Origin: Eledone cirrhosa
Taxonomy: Eukaryota
DNA: 64,000 bases
Direction: 5' to 3'
Assembly (NCBI GenBank): GCA_964016885.1
Contig: OZ024740.1
Span: 380,246,001-380,310,000 of the forward strand
Part shown: positions 24,992 through 36,331 of the stretch, piece after piece
Numbering within the stretch: position 1 is the stretch's first letter
Layout: each line of letters begins with the position of its first letter
Notes under the pieces: model-generated
Seen by the model: only the letters and a program-made list of their open reading frames with translations
Database searches by the model: none
Told to the model about the DNA's origin: nothing
Program-made: the position numbers and the translations under genes

Positions 24992-25090
<99 letters not shown>

Positions 25091-25270
25091 GTATGTATGT
25101 ATAATAGAAAAATTGAGGAAGTTTCGTTTACATATGAAAAATTTTATTGCGTATCGACCTGTTACGCGTGTTTCGCAGAGGATTGGCTCAAGTTGACCCA
25201 TGTTGACCCAAGTTGACCCATGGACCCAACTCCAGTATCGATCTGCTCCGCAGACTGGTGATGCGACAAA

Positions 25271-25321
<51 letters not shown>

Positions 25322-25326
<5 letters not shown>

Positions 25327-25605
25327 TTATTAGAGGTAGTGTAGTACCTATGTTGTGTGGGGAAGTATATATTCAGCAATCTTCAAATTGTTGAATATAC
25401 ACTTCCCCACACAACATAGGTACTACACTATCTCTAATAAGAATACAATAAGACTCTCCTACTCCACTACACCTAACCTAGCTAGGAATATAGCCAATCT
25501 CAAAACTATATATATACCCTCTCCCCCCCCCCCCCGACTCTCAAGAGCGTGAACCTAATAAACCTTTATTTGTCGGCCTCTCTGTTTTGTTCCCGTCTAA
25601 ATTTG

Positions 25606-25610
<5 letters not shown>
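25322..25610. mobile_element. Penelope coding fragment with ~60-bp fold-back hairpin
   Basis: 25322-25445 is a palindrome; plus strand encodes FPTQHRYYTISNKNTIRLSYSTTPNLARNIA (Penelope RT-to-GIY-YIG linker). Confidence 0.7.
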
Positions 25611-25663
<53 letters not shown>

Positions 25664-25669
<6 letters not shown>

Positions 25670-26650
25670 ATACTTTGGGAGGGTCATGTTGCCAATGAGA
25701 AACACACGCACCAGTTGCTTTCACTTCAATTTATTATATATTTATAAATTTATAAATTTATAAATTTCTGGCTGGTTGGTTCCACAACCAGATAGTTGTT
25801 TATATATAGTCATAGTTCTTTCGTCACACACTCTGTGACCTCTTCAGTGACTGGGGATTCCTTTCTTTGTTTCTGTGCCTCTCCTTTGTTCTGTCCTACG
25901 CCATTTTGTTTCTGTGTGTGTGTTGTGTGCTCAGTCTGCGCATGCGCCACATCCGGGTGTCTGTGTGTGTTTATGTTCATTTATTTATTTGTTTATTTAC
26001 ATGTTAATGGTTGGTTGTTTGTTCTATGTGTGTGTGTGTTTTCATTTTGTCCTTAATTGTAAGTTGTGATGTTGCTGTTCCACTCATATTTTCTATTTAA
26101 TTTTGGTTGTAATTCTTTTTATTTTTTTATTTTTTTAATGTTTATTGCCTCTGTAATTTGTCTAAACATTGCGTCTTTTCTGTGTGTAGATTCTATTTTT
26201 ATTTCTATGTTCTCTAATTTACCCTTGTGTTCTATCTTAACATGTTGGTAGAGTACAGATGATTCTTTATTATCTTGAATAAATGAACATAAACACACAC
26301 AGACACCCGGATGTGGCGCATGCGCAGACTGAGCACACAACACACACACAGAAACAAAATGGCGTAGGACAGAACAAAGGAGAGGCACAGAAACAAAGAA
26401 AGGAATCCCCAGTCACTGAAGAGGTCACAGAGTGTGTGACGAAAGAACTATGACTATATATAAACAACTATATGGTTGTGGAACCAACCAACCAACCAGA
26501 AATTTATAAATATATAATAAATTGAAGTGAAAGCAACTGGTGCGTGTGTTTCTCATTGGCAACATGACCCTCCCAAAGTATAACAATATCGGTTTCAACA
26601 CACGATTTCAGATAAAGAATCTTGCTAAACAAATTCAGAAACGAAATATA
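25664..26650. mobile_element. Penelope 3' end (minus; GIY-YIG C-terminus 26119-26280) with inverted pLTR pair
   Basis: 25664-25985 is the reverse complement of 26278-26590; SVLYQHVKIEH..RQITEAINIK; HHRs at 25808-25852 (-) and 26411-26455 (+). Confidence 0.85.
26411..26455 (+). ncRNA. Hammerhead ribozyme in pLTR (copies: 25808-25852 minus, 45418-45463 plus, 56221-56267 plus)
   Basis: agtca CTGAAGA g-gtcaca-gagtg-tgtgac GAAA gaac TA tgact. Confidence 0.75.
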
Positions 26651-27648
26651 TATATATATATATATATATATATCCTACCCTCACCTTCAGCGCTTCTGTC
26701 TCGACCTCGTCAGTCAAATTTCTTGACATCTTTTTGTCTATCGACCACACTCACCACACACTTTCTTCCTCTATCTTCTATCAGCCCACTGATTCCTATT
26801 CATACACTGACTTCGCATTCTGCCCCCCCCCCCCCAAAAAAAAAAACCTCTCTGTACCCTACTCCCAATTATGCCAGCATTAACAGTTTCCCAAGTGATG
26901 GCGACGTGAATAAACCTGTTTTTTCTCCAGGATTTTCTTTCGTTTCTGCCACTGTCCTTCTCCTCTATCTTTCTATTTCTTCATTAATTTCTAAATTTAT
27001 TCTTTGCTTAACGACTAGCGTCCGAAACGTTAAGACATTTTTCCAACTATATCAGCGTAAAACTAATAATATCTTTCTTAATTGTACTGTCATTTGCTTT
27101 GTCATTGCTGTTTGTCTTTTACATAAAGGCACACACACACAAACACACAAACATATAAAAGCAGGCTTCTCCGTTAATCTATATGTGTATATGTTCATAA
27201 GTCGAACTTTAGACGTACAAATATAGACTAAATAGATATGGATGTCGCAAAGATCGCTAGTATAAAGGAAAGCAATAACTAGGCAACAATAACAGTAGCA
27301 TAGTTATTTACACTCTCGAAACTTCGATCGTACTGTCAGTATCTAATTCCATTGAAATACTGTCTTTTTTATTCACTTATTATTGACAGTATGTAGAGAA
27401 CATACAAACGTAGTTAAAAATAAAACACTTTATTCATAAATGAACCATTATTCATAAATGAACCATATGCCCCTTAACCAATTTAAACCTAGCTGATGAT
27501 TCATTAAGATCAAACAAATTGTCCTGGGATTTGGTTTACTGACTGTTGTGGAACGACCTCTACCAGACTCGTCCACTGTGCTACTGCGGATATAACCCAC
27601 CAGTGTTCTGCCACCACTATATATATATATATATACACACACATACAC

Positions 27649-27681
<33 letters not shown>

Positions 27682-27691
27682 CATTTATATA

Positions 27692-27784
<93 letters not shown>

Positions 27785-27792
27785 ATATATAT

Positions 27793-27841
<49 letters not shown>

Positions 27842-27937
27842 TAGCTCTGTACAATACATAGAGCACTCTTCTTTCCTTTACCTTTTCTACGGAAATACTT
27901 AACACACACACACTCGCACACATATGTGTGTATTATG

Positions 27938-28009
<72 letters not shown>

Positions 28010-28013
<4 letters not shown>

Positions 28014-28705
28014 ATTTTACAATACACTGTATGCTTAATTAAAAGCATTTCGAAGACCTTACGCTATTGTTTTAGAGTAGTGACAGTCTCACTTACTTTA
28101 AATTTTCACCAAACAGGGGGAGATAAAGCTGACAGAGCTCTGTTTCGGACTTTTTGGTACTTATCAAAGCTAAGTACCCCACCTGTTTGCTGAAAATCAT
28201 GAATGTTTGATTCTTATAGAATTCTAGTAATAATCAGGAACGGATTATACAGAGCGGTTGCCGGTCAAGCAGAAATTGAAAATTAGTATTGGTGCTCTGA
28301 AATAGCGATATATATATGAATGTATATATAGTGTATTTTGCAATACACTGTATGCTTAATTAAAAGCATTTCGGAGACCTTACGCTATTGTTTTAGAGTA
28401 GTTACAGTATAATCAGTATAATCAGTTCCTGATTATTACTAGAATTCTATAAGAATCAAACATTCATGATTTTCAGCAAACAGGTGGAGTACTTAGCTTT
28501 GATGAGTACCAAAAAGTACGAAACAGAGCTCTGTCAGCTTTATCTCCCCATGTTGGCTGAAAATTTAAAGTAAGTGAGACTGTCACTACTCTAAAACAAT
28601 AGCGTAAGGTCTTCGAAATGCTTTTAATTAAGCATACAGTGTATTGCAAAATACACTATATATACATTCATATATATATCGGTATTTCAGAGCACCAATT
28701 CCAAT
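28010..28705. mobile_element. ~322-bp-unit tandem plus inverted HHR element related to the 310-bp array
   Basis: 28011 repeats at ~28333; 28420-28705 inverted; shares gagcggttgccggtc and gctctgaaa(c/t)agcgat with 59191-61565; HHRs 28127-28171 (-) and 28495-28539 (+). Confidence 0.8.
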
Positions 28706-28828
28706 TATATATATATATTACATAGTAAATAGCTCTGTACAATACATAGAGCACTCTTCTTTCCTTTACATTTTCTACGGAAATACTTAACACACACACA
28801 CTCACACACACATATGTGTGTTTGTATG

Positions 28829-28865
<37 letters not shown>

Positions 28866-28868
<3 letters not shown>

Positions 28869-29031
28869 ACGAACGAAGTGTGGGTAATAGGTAAATGTTC
28901 AAGGCCCCGACGGCAGAGCTCAAGCCGTTTCGACGGCTATTTCTGGACGCAGAAATAGCCGTCCAGAAATGGGCGTCCAGAAATAGGCGTCGAAACGACT
29001 TGAGCTCTGCCGTCGGGGTCCTGACTATTTT

Positions 29032-29037
<6 letters not shown>
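28866..29037. mobile_element. Family A fold-back element with complex apex
   Basis: ccccgacggcagagctcaagccgtttcgacggctatttctggacg...cgtccagaaataggcgtcgaaacgacttgagctctgccgtcgggg. Confidence 0.8.
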
Positions 29038-29068
<31 letters not shown>

Positions 29069-29074
<6 letters not shown>

Positions 29075-30041
29075 GAAAGGTATAGAGATTGTTTTAGCGA
29101 GAAGCTAATAGTATTCTATAACATATATGCGACTATATCGTCAAGATGGGAAAAGTAGTTAACGTAAGATTTAGGAAAAATAATTCAAACTCATCTCAAA
29201 AGAGAATCAGGATACAAATTCATCCAGAGAATTTAGTGAAATCCAGGGAAAAATCAATAGACCTTTAACTCATGATAAAATAACATTTAAAACACTTATC
29301 CTTCAATTTGGAATAACATCAAATGCTCTGTATAGTCTTAAAAGACTATTTCATGAAAACTTTCAGTGGAGATGGTCACGGTTGGATTTCAATCGTCAGC
29401 AGAGCTCAACAGATAACCAGAGCTACCACAGTATTATAAGCCGAAAGGGGAATTCTAAAACTGGCTAGTTCGCCATCATGCGTGATTATGAAAACGCACA
29501 TGAGGAAAAACGGGGCTAGTGACGTCAGGATGAAAGTGAATGTTTATTTACAAGAAATACCAGTCAAATACATTCTGAAAAAAAACTCTACAAAAGGAGT
29601 TCAGCAAATAGCAATAATTATCACAGTTTTTATTAAAAAAAACGGGATTAGTCACAGATAGTTTAAGCACTCTAGGAAAAGAATCCGAGTATAAGTATAA
29701 ATGAAAGGTATAGAGATTGTTTTAGCGAGAAGCTAATAGTATTCTATAATATATATGCGACTATATCGTCAAGATGGGAAAAGTAGTTAACGTAAGATTT
29801 AGGAAAAATAATTCAAACTCATCTCAAAAGAGAATCAGGATACAAATTCATCCACAGAATTTAGTGAAATCCAGGGAAAAATCAATAGACCTTTAACTCA
29901 TGATAAAATAAAGTTTAAAACACTTATCCTTCAATTTGGAATAGCATCAAATGCTCTGTATAGTCTTAAAAGACTATTTCATGAAAACTTTCAGTGGAGA
30001 TGGTCACGGTTGGATTCCAATCGTCAGCAGAGCTCAACAGA
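29069..30041 (-). mobile_element. 628-bp-period tandem (1.55 units) pLTR/retrozyme-like element with hammerhead in each unit
   Basis: 29069-29412 is repeated at 29697-30040; minus strand gctctg CTGACGA..GAAA tagtcttttaagacta TA cagagc at 29325-29405 and 29953-30033. Confidence 0.75.
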
Positions 30042-30042
30042 G

Positions 30043-30103
<61 letters not shown>

Positions 30104-30239
30104 GTATAGGATTATCCAAGATGTAGTAATGGTTAATTACTACACTGGATATGGTTGACGTACGGTAAGAGGTTACTCTACGAGTTATGGAAGAATTGTT
30201 GAAGAAACTTAGTTCCTGATCCTTCAGTATTCCGGAGTG

Positions 30240-31834
30240 TATATAAAGAATGAATAATAACAGGTAGACATCATAAAAAGGTAATTTATTCCGTGTGCTT
30301 ACAAGTGTTTCCACGGTGGTACTGCAGCCTAGTTATGCTACGTGCAAATTCACAAGTACTTGCAGAACTCAAATATCCAATGCTGTGACCACTGTTTCCT
30401 CAGAGCAGAATGGTAAAATGTACAATGTAAAAACCCTTAAGTGGGATTGTTGGGGAAGATAGAGTAGAAAAGGAAGAGAGAAAGGTAGGGAAGAGGGAGA
30501 GAGAAAGGAAGATATGCAGGGGTTGGAGAAGTAGGAGAGAGTGGCTTGCAGATATCTTAATCAAACCTTGAAGCATACATAAAAAACTTAACTTAAGGCA
30601 ATTAAACAACTCTACAAAACAAAACATTTTAGTAACAGATGGGCAGAACGCAATATCTGCCTCCCAACCACTAAATGGGAGACGGGTATTACACAACCCA
30701 CCTGTACCGCTATCACAACCTATCCATGGTGTACCCGCTACCCACAACAAAGAATGTAACTGCCATCTACCTGAAAGATGTCCATTGAGGAATGAATGCC
30801 TAAAGTCCAACATTGTTTACCAATGTACGGTTGAATCGAACGACCAGAAATGGTATTATATCGGATCGACCACCACATCGTTTAAATCTCGCTGGTACCG
30901 TCATCGATTCTCAATCAAACATCCGAATCACCGTTTTGTGACCACGCTCGCCAACAAGACCTGGCAACTCCGTGAACACAACCAACAGTTCACCTTAAAA
31001 TGGGATATACTTTCCAGCGCAAGTGCATATCGGAGTGGATGGAAGTACTGCAGGTTATGTAACCTTGAGCTCTTTTACATATTAAAATCCAAAAACAAAC
31101 TACTTAACGATAGAATTGAACGATCATTATACTGCAACCACAAACTAAAAGCTAAATTCTCTCACTATAAAATAACTTAACATTCGAACCCGTAACTATA
31201 ACACCGCTTTCTAGTTAACAACCTTCTCTTCCCCCCACATTACAAGACAATACACTGCTTATCACTATACATGGTAACTCAGTGCAATTCCTAGATTACT
31301 ACTACAAACCCAAAGTTCACTCACCACACAAACTTTGTCTGTTCCCTCTCTACCTATCTCTCTCTACATCCATTACACTCTCTCTCTCTCTCGCCTTTGG
31401 CCTACCTCCCTCTCAACATCTATGAACCTGCCCTCTGGGGCAATAAATAATTCCGACCTTAACTATCAACGCATCTCTCCAAAAGTAACCAGTATAATAA
31501 AACCCCTACCATAACATTTTGATTAAGATATCTGCAAGCCACTCTCTCCTACTTCTCCAACCCCTGCATATCTTTCTTTCTCTCTCCCTCTTCCCTACTT
31601 TTCTCTCTTCCTTTTCTACTCTATCTTCCCCAACAACCCCACTTAAGGGTTTTTACATTGTACATTTTACCATTCTGCTCTGAGGAAACAGTGGTCACAG
31701 CATTGGATATTTGAGTTCTGCAAGTACTTGTGAATTTGCACGTAGCATAACTAGGCTGCAGTACCACCGTGGAAACACTTGTAAGCACACGGAATAAATT
31801 ACCTTTTTATGATGTCTACCTGTTATTATTCATT

Positions 31835-31840
<6 letters not shown>
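30240..31840 (+). mobile_element. Truncated Penelope-like element with ~325-bp inverted pLTRs
   Basis: 30240-30565 is the reverse complement of 31519-31840; GIY-YIG ORF in between. Confidence 0.88.
30785..31180 (+). CDS. Penelope-like GIY-YIG endonuclease domain (fragment)
   Basis: ECLKSNIVYQC..YYIGSTTTSFKSRWYRH..TTLA..CRLCNLE..LLN..CNH. Confidence 0.85.
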   Translation: MRNECLKSNIVYQCTVESNDQKWYYIGSTTTSFKSRWYRHRFSIKHPNHRFVTTLANKTWQLREHNQQFTLKWDILSSASAYRSGWKYCRLCNLELFYILKSKNKLLNDRIERSLYCNHKLKAKFSHYKIT

Positions 31841-31867
<27 letters not shown>

Positions 31868-31870
<3 letters not shown>

Positions 31871-31996
31871 CGAAGGAAATGTGGTAAGGAACCAGGTGGA
31901 CCATAACGCACCAAAGTACTCAATACTTGGGGTAGTAGAGTGGGTAATAGGAACCAGTAAGACCCCGACGGCTGAGCTCAAGCCGTTTCGACGGGT
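31868..31996 (-). mobile_element. Family A element without the fold-back arm
   Basis: Same 130-bp sequence, ending at ccgtttcgacgg. Confidence 0.8.
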
Positions 31997-31998
31997 AA

Positions 31999-32123
<125 letters not shown>

Positions 32124-33955
32124 AAGAGAGAAAGAAAGAGCTAAGCTAGTCAATAAGAGAGGGAGAGAGAGAGCATAAAATTAGTAACATTTTGACAGAA
32201 AAGACCTGTAGTGTATATGTAGGATCATAAATAGACAGATAGCTAGCTAGGTATATATAAATAGAAATATATTTGATAGATAGATAGATACACACATACG
32301 TACATACATACATATATACATATGAAGCGTGTGAAAGAAGAGAAATAGAAAGTTATCTATCCCTTTGTTAACTACTATATATCGCGCACATGTTTAAACT
32401 TGTGTCTCATATCATTGTACACTCAGCATCGTACGTTGTATATTTGTGCGTCGTGTCTTAAAGCAGATAAGCTCGACGTCTCTTTCTGACCGAGGTCATC
32501 TTCTCATGTGTACCAATGTGATAGTTTATCAAAATATCATTTGGTTCATAAAGCTTCTTTTTCACATTTTGGACTTAGTGTTTTAGTCATATAATGTTTT
32601 GTTTATTCTCAATACACGTGTTTCTCTCACAAAGTTGACTTAAAAAACATAGATATGAAAAAGAAAGATAAAATCAAAATTAAGTAATGAGAAAAAGTAA
32701 TGAGTAACAGGGGAAAGAACAAAGAAGGGTTAATCTGGCTGTATGGGAAAGTAGAGGAAAAGACTACAAAGGCCATAAATGAGAGGAAAAGAGAAGAAAA
32801 AGCAAGGATTCTTGGGTCACAGAAGAAAGGTAGAGGGTGATGGGCTTCGCGCCTTGTCGGGGTGGTGTTTCGGCTGCACCCCGTGGACAAAACTGCAAAG
32901 GTACCCACTGCAACAGCCAGCCCACCTCGGCTCCTTCCTCAGACGGGCTGGTGACGTTCCAATTTTGCGGAGAAGCTCGGCAGTTCGGGGTCCGAGGACG
33001 CCTGAGGTGTCAACAGGTATTATGGTCTCTTAGTTATTATGACTAAATTGTAAATAAATTTATTTACCATATGTAGCGTCTGGATGGCAAAATCAAACTT
33101 CGGATAAATTTAGTGTTTGTTTACGTCTCTATTTCGTTGAGTTCAAATCCTTCCGATGTCTACTGCGAAATGCCCAACACAGCGCTTTCCTCCAGATGAA
33201 ATAAATAAAATATAGTAATGTCTCTGCAAAAATCCTGTCTACCCAATTGTAATTAAATACCACAGCTGTAGGAACAACACCCTGTGCAAAGCAATGGTCT
33301 ATTAGTTGAAGCAGTAGCATAACCCCGTAGAGTTGTAGCAAGGAATGTTTAACTGATTTGTCCGAAGATATTATATGAAGTTATTATATGAACTTCATTG
33401 ATAGCCCTATGCCACAATGGAGTTAAGAAAAATTCGCCAGATTAGTGATTTGTAAAGTATAAAGACAACTACCTGAAATATAACCAGTTAAAGAAAGAAA
33501 CTGGGGCATGTAAAGCCGCACAATCAATATTCATTGCATAAACTCTTCTAGAACGTTTTTATGTTTAAAGAAAACAAAAGAAATACCACTAATCAGGTAT
33601 GTCCTGTAGCGTATACTCTAAAAGAAGTAGTTAATGTATATACACATAAACATACAAACAAACATTTATGTATATATTTGAAACTGAATCTTCCTTTCAT
33701 CGCTTCTGAATGCGTTGCCAAACGGTATACATAGAAATCTGATTACTACGAAAGGGCATCCTAGTTTCATATAAAATTATATAAATTCTGCTTTAGGTAT
33801 TGGGTTCTTTTTATTACTTTTGTCGCAGGTGTAGTTGTGATTTTTCAATGATTGTGCGGCAGGTTGGGCAACTTCTACAGTAGTTGTGTCGCTTCTACTA
33901 TAGTTTCGCTGTTGGCCCATACCTTATGGGTGGAAATCGGTAAACGGTTCATCAT

Positions 33956-34021
<66 letters not shown>

Positions 34022-34295
34022 ATATAGGTTGGTGCATGAAGGCCTCTAACTTGCTTTAGGCTTGATTTTCATGTAGCAAGATGTCTAGATATCCTCTTCC
34101 TCACCAAGCATTCAGGCCTCCTGGGGTTGTCGCGGACGTCTCAAACATGTAATAGGTTGTATTTTGTAACATGTTACCTATATGATTCACGAGCGATCAT
34201 ACATACTCATACATGCATACATACATACACACATACATACATACATACATACATACATACATACATACATACATACATACATACATACATACATA

Positions 34296-34800
34296 CACAA
34301 AAGAGATAGGGATGCAGGCAAAACACCTAGATGTGATAACAAGTGCAGACTCTGCAGAACTAACATCGAGGATATCACCCATGTCATCAGCAGCTGTCCA
34401 AAGATGTCATCGCGGTACTATCTACCTATGAAGCATGATGTAGTGGCCAAAACAATGTACAATACAGTTCGTAAAAAAGATAGCCCCGATAATAAACACA
34501 TTAAAAACTATAGCAATGGGGAAGACATCCATGTACAATCCATTAATGGAACAGTAAAAATATGTAAAACATTCCAAAAATTGTGCATCTAATAACTGCA
34601 TATACACATGTACACATACAACTCAAAACATACACATCCACACTTACAATAACATTCATATCTACACATGCATGCAGACTTACATACATATCTACCTAGT
34701 TGATGTTGTGTAAATTCCAATGAGAGAGTCTTGTGTCTATGTTAGAAACCGACTCTCTCTCTATTGGGAAACAATTTGTGAAATTATAAAACCAGAAGAA
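34296..34800 (+). mobile_element. R4/Dong-like 3' fragment in (CATA)n
   Basis: DNKCRLCRTNIEDITHVISSCPKMSSRYYLPMKHDVVAK..GTVKICKTF. Confidence 0.8.
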
Positions 34801-34814
34801 CATACATACATATC

Positions 34815-35232
34815 ATGACTGATTACTTAAAGGAATACTAGTAGAAACTAAAAATAACTGCCTACAAATAAAAACACAATCAGCCTGATATTGTTGATTG
34901 GCATCCACAATTGAGACGATACTCAGTTGTAGAATTCAGCTTCTCGATCGATGCTAATGTAGTGAAGGAGATATAAAGAGGAGGATATCAACGGACATTT
35001 ATTTACGAGTTTACCAATCCAGTACAACAAATACACGCTCCGTTTTTATATATTATTGTTGGAGCTACAGATTATATACCAACACGCCTAGACAAGATTT
35101 TGGTTGCTTGGAACCTTCTTATCATTCAAAGCATGTTGCAAGGGACGACAGGAATTTCCTTTTCTTTACAGCATTACCCCCGGGAAGGTAGCTGGTCAAT
35201 ATAAACTCTAAATAAAGAAAAAGAAATATACA
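34815..35232 (+). mobile_element. Degenerate R4/Dong-like RLE C-terminus and 3' UTR
   Basis: aaaacacaatcagcctgatattgtt and attattgttggagctacagattatataccaacacgcctagac match 23845-24062; same 3' end abutting (CATA)n. Confidence 0.75.
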
Positions 35233-35392
35233 TACCTGCACGCACGCATGCATACATACATACATACATACATACATGCGTGCATACAAGCATTCATGCA
35301 TGCGTACATACATACATACATGCATACATACATTCATACATGCATGAATGCATGCATACATGCATACATACATACATACATACATACATACA

Positions 35393-35423
<31 letters not shown>

Positions 35424-35623
35424 GAACATGTGTATCTGGTCAGGTATATGCCATTGTGCATGTTTATACGTTTAAATATCAAAATGAAATACATAACTTG
35501 GCGTATCAACAAAATGCTGAGCTATGACTTTAATACCAATCAGAAACAAGTACAGGATTGATAAGATCAACTGAAAAACATTAAGATAGTACCCCAGCAT
35601 TTCACCGTATATTGATAGAAACA

Positions 35624-35723
<100 letters not shown>

Positions 35724-35734
35724 CACACTAATTA

Positions 35735-36040
35735 GAACGTTGAACTTACAATCGTAATGCTGTGAGTTCGAATCCCGTACGTTCGAATGCCGTCGTTGTG
35801 TTCTTCAGAAATCACTTTATTTCAAGTTGCTCCTATTCACTCGGCTGTAGAAATAAGTTGCAACGTCATTGGTGCCAAGCTGTATCGGTCATTGCCTTTC
35901 GCCTGGGCAACATCGGTGGCGTAGAGAGGAGAGGCGGACATGCATGGGCGACTGCTGGTCTTCCGCACACACACCTTGCCTAGGCTTGTGCTTGGAGAAC
36001 TTTCTAGATACAAAACCTTGGGCATTCGTGACTGAAGGGG
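35735..36040 (+). mobile_element. tRNA-derived SINE (CORE-like family)
   Basis: B-box gtgagttcgaatccc; cactttatttcaagttgctcc shared with 870-955. Confidence 0.7.
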
Positions 36041-36061
36041 GGGGGGGCTGTGATATATATA

Positions 36062-36258
36062 TAACAAAGAGGGTGTGGTAAGATACCAGGTGGACCATAA
36101 TGCCCCCGAATACTCAACACTTAGGGTAGTAGAGTGGGTAATAGGAAAAGAGTAAGGACCCCGACGGCTGAGCTCCGGCTGTTTCGACAGCTAGATCCGA
36201 ACTAGATCTAGCTGTCGAAACGGCGGGAGCTCAGCCGTCGGGGACCTAATTCTTTTCA
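36062..36258. mobile_element. Family A fold-back element
   Basis: ccccgacggctgagctcc..cagctagatc cgaacta gatctagctg..gagctcagccgtcgggg. Confidence 0.8.
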
Positions 36259-36330
<72 letters not shown>

Positions 36331-36331
<1 letters not shown>

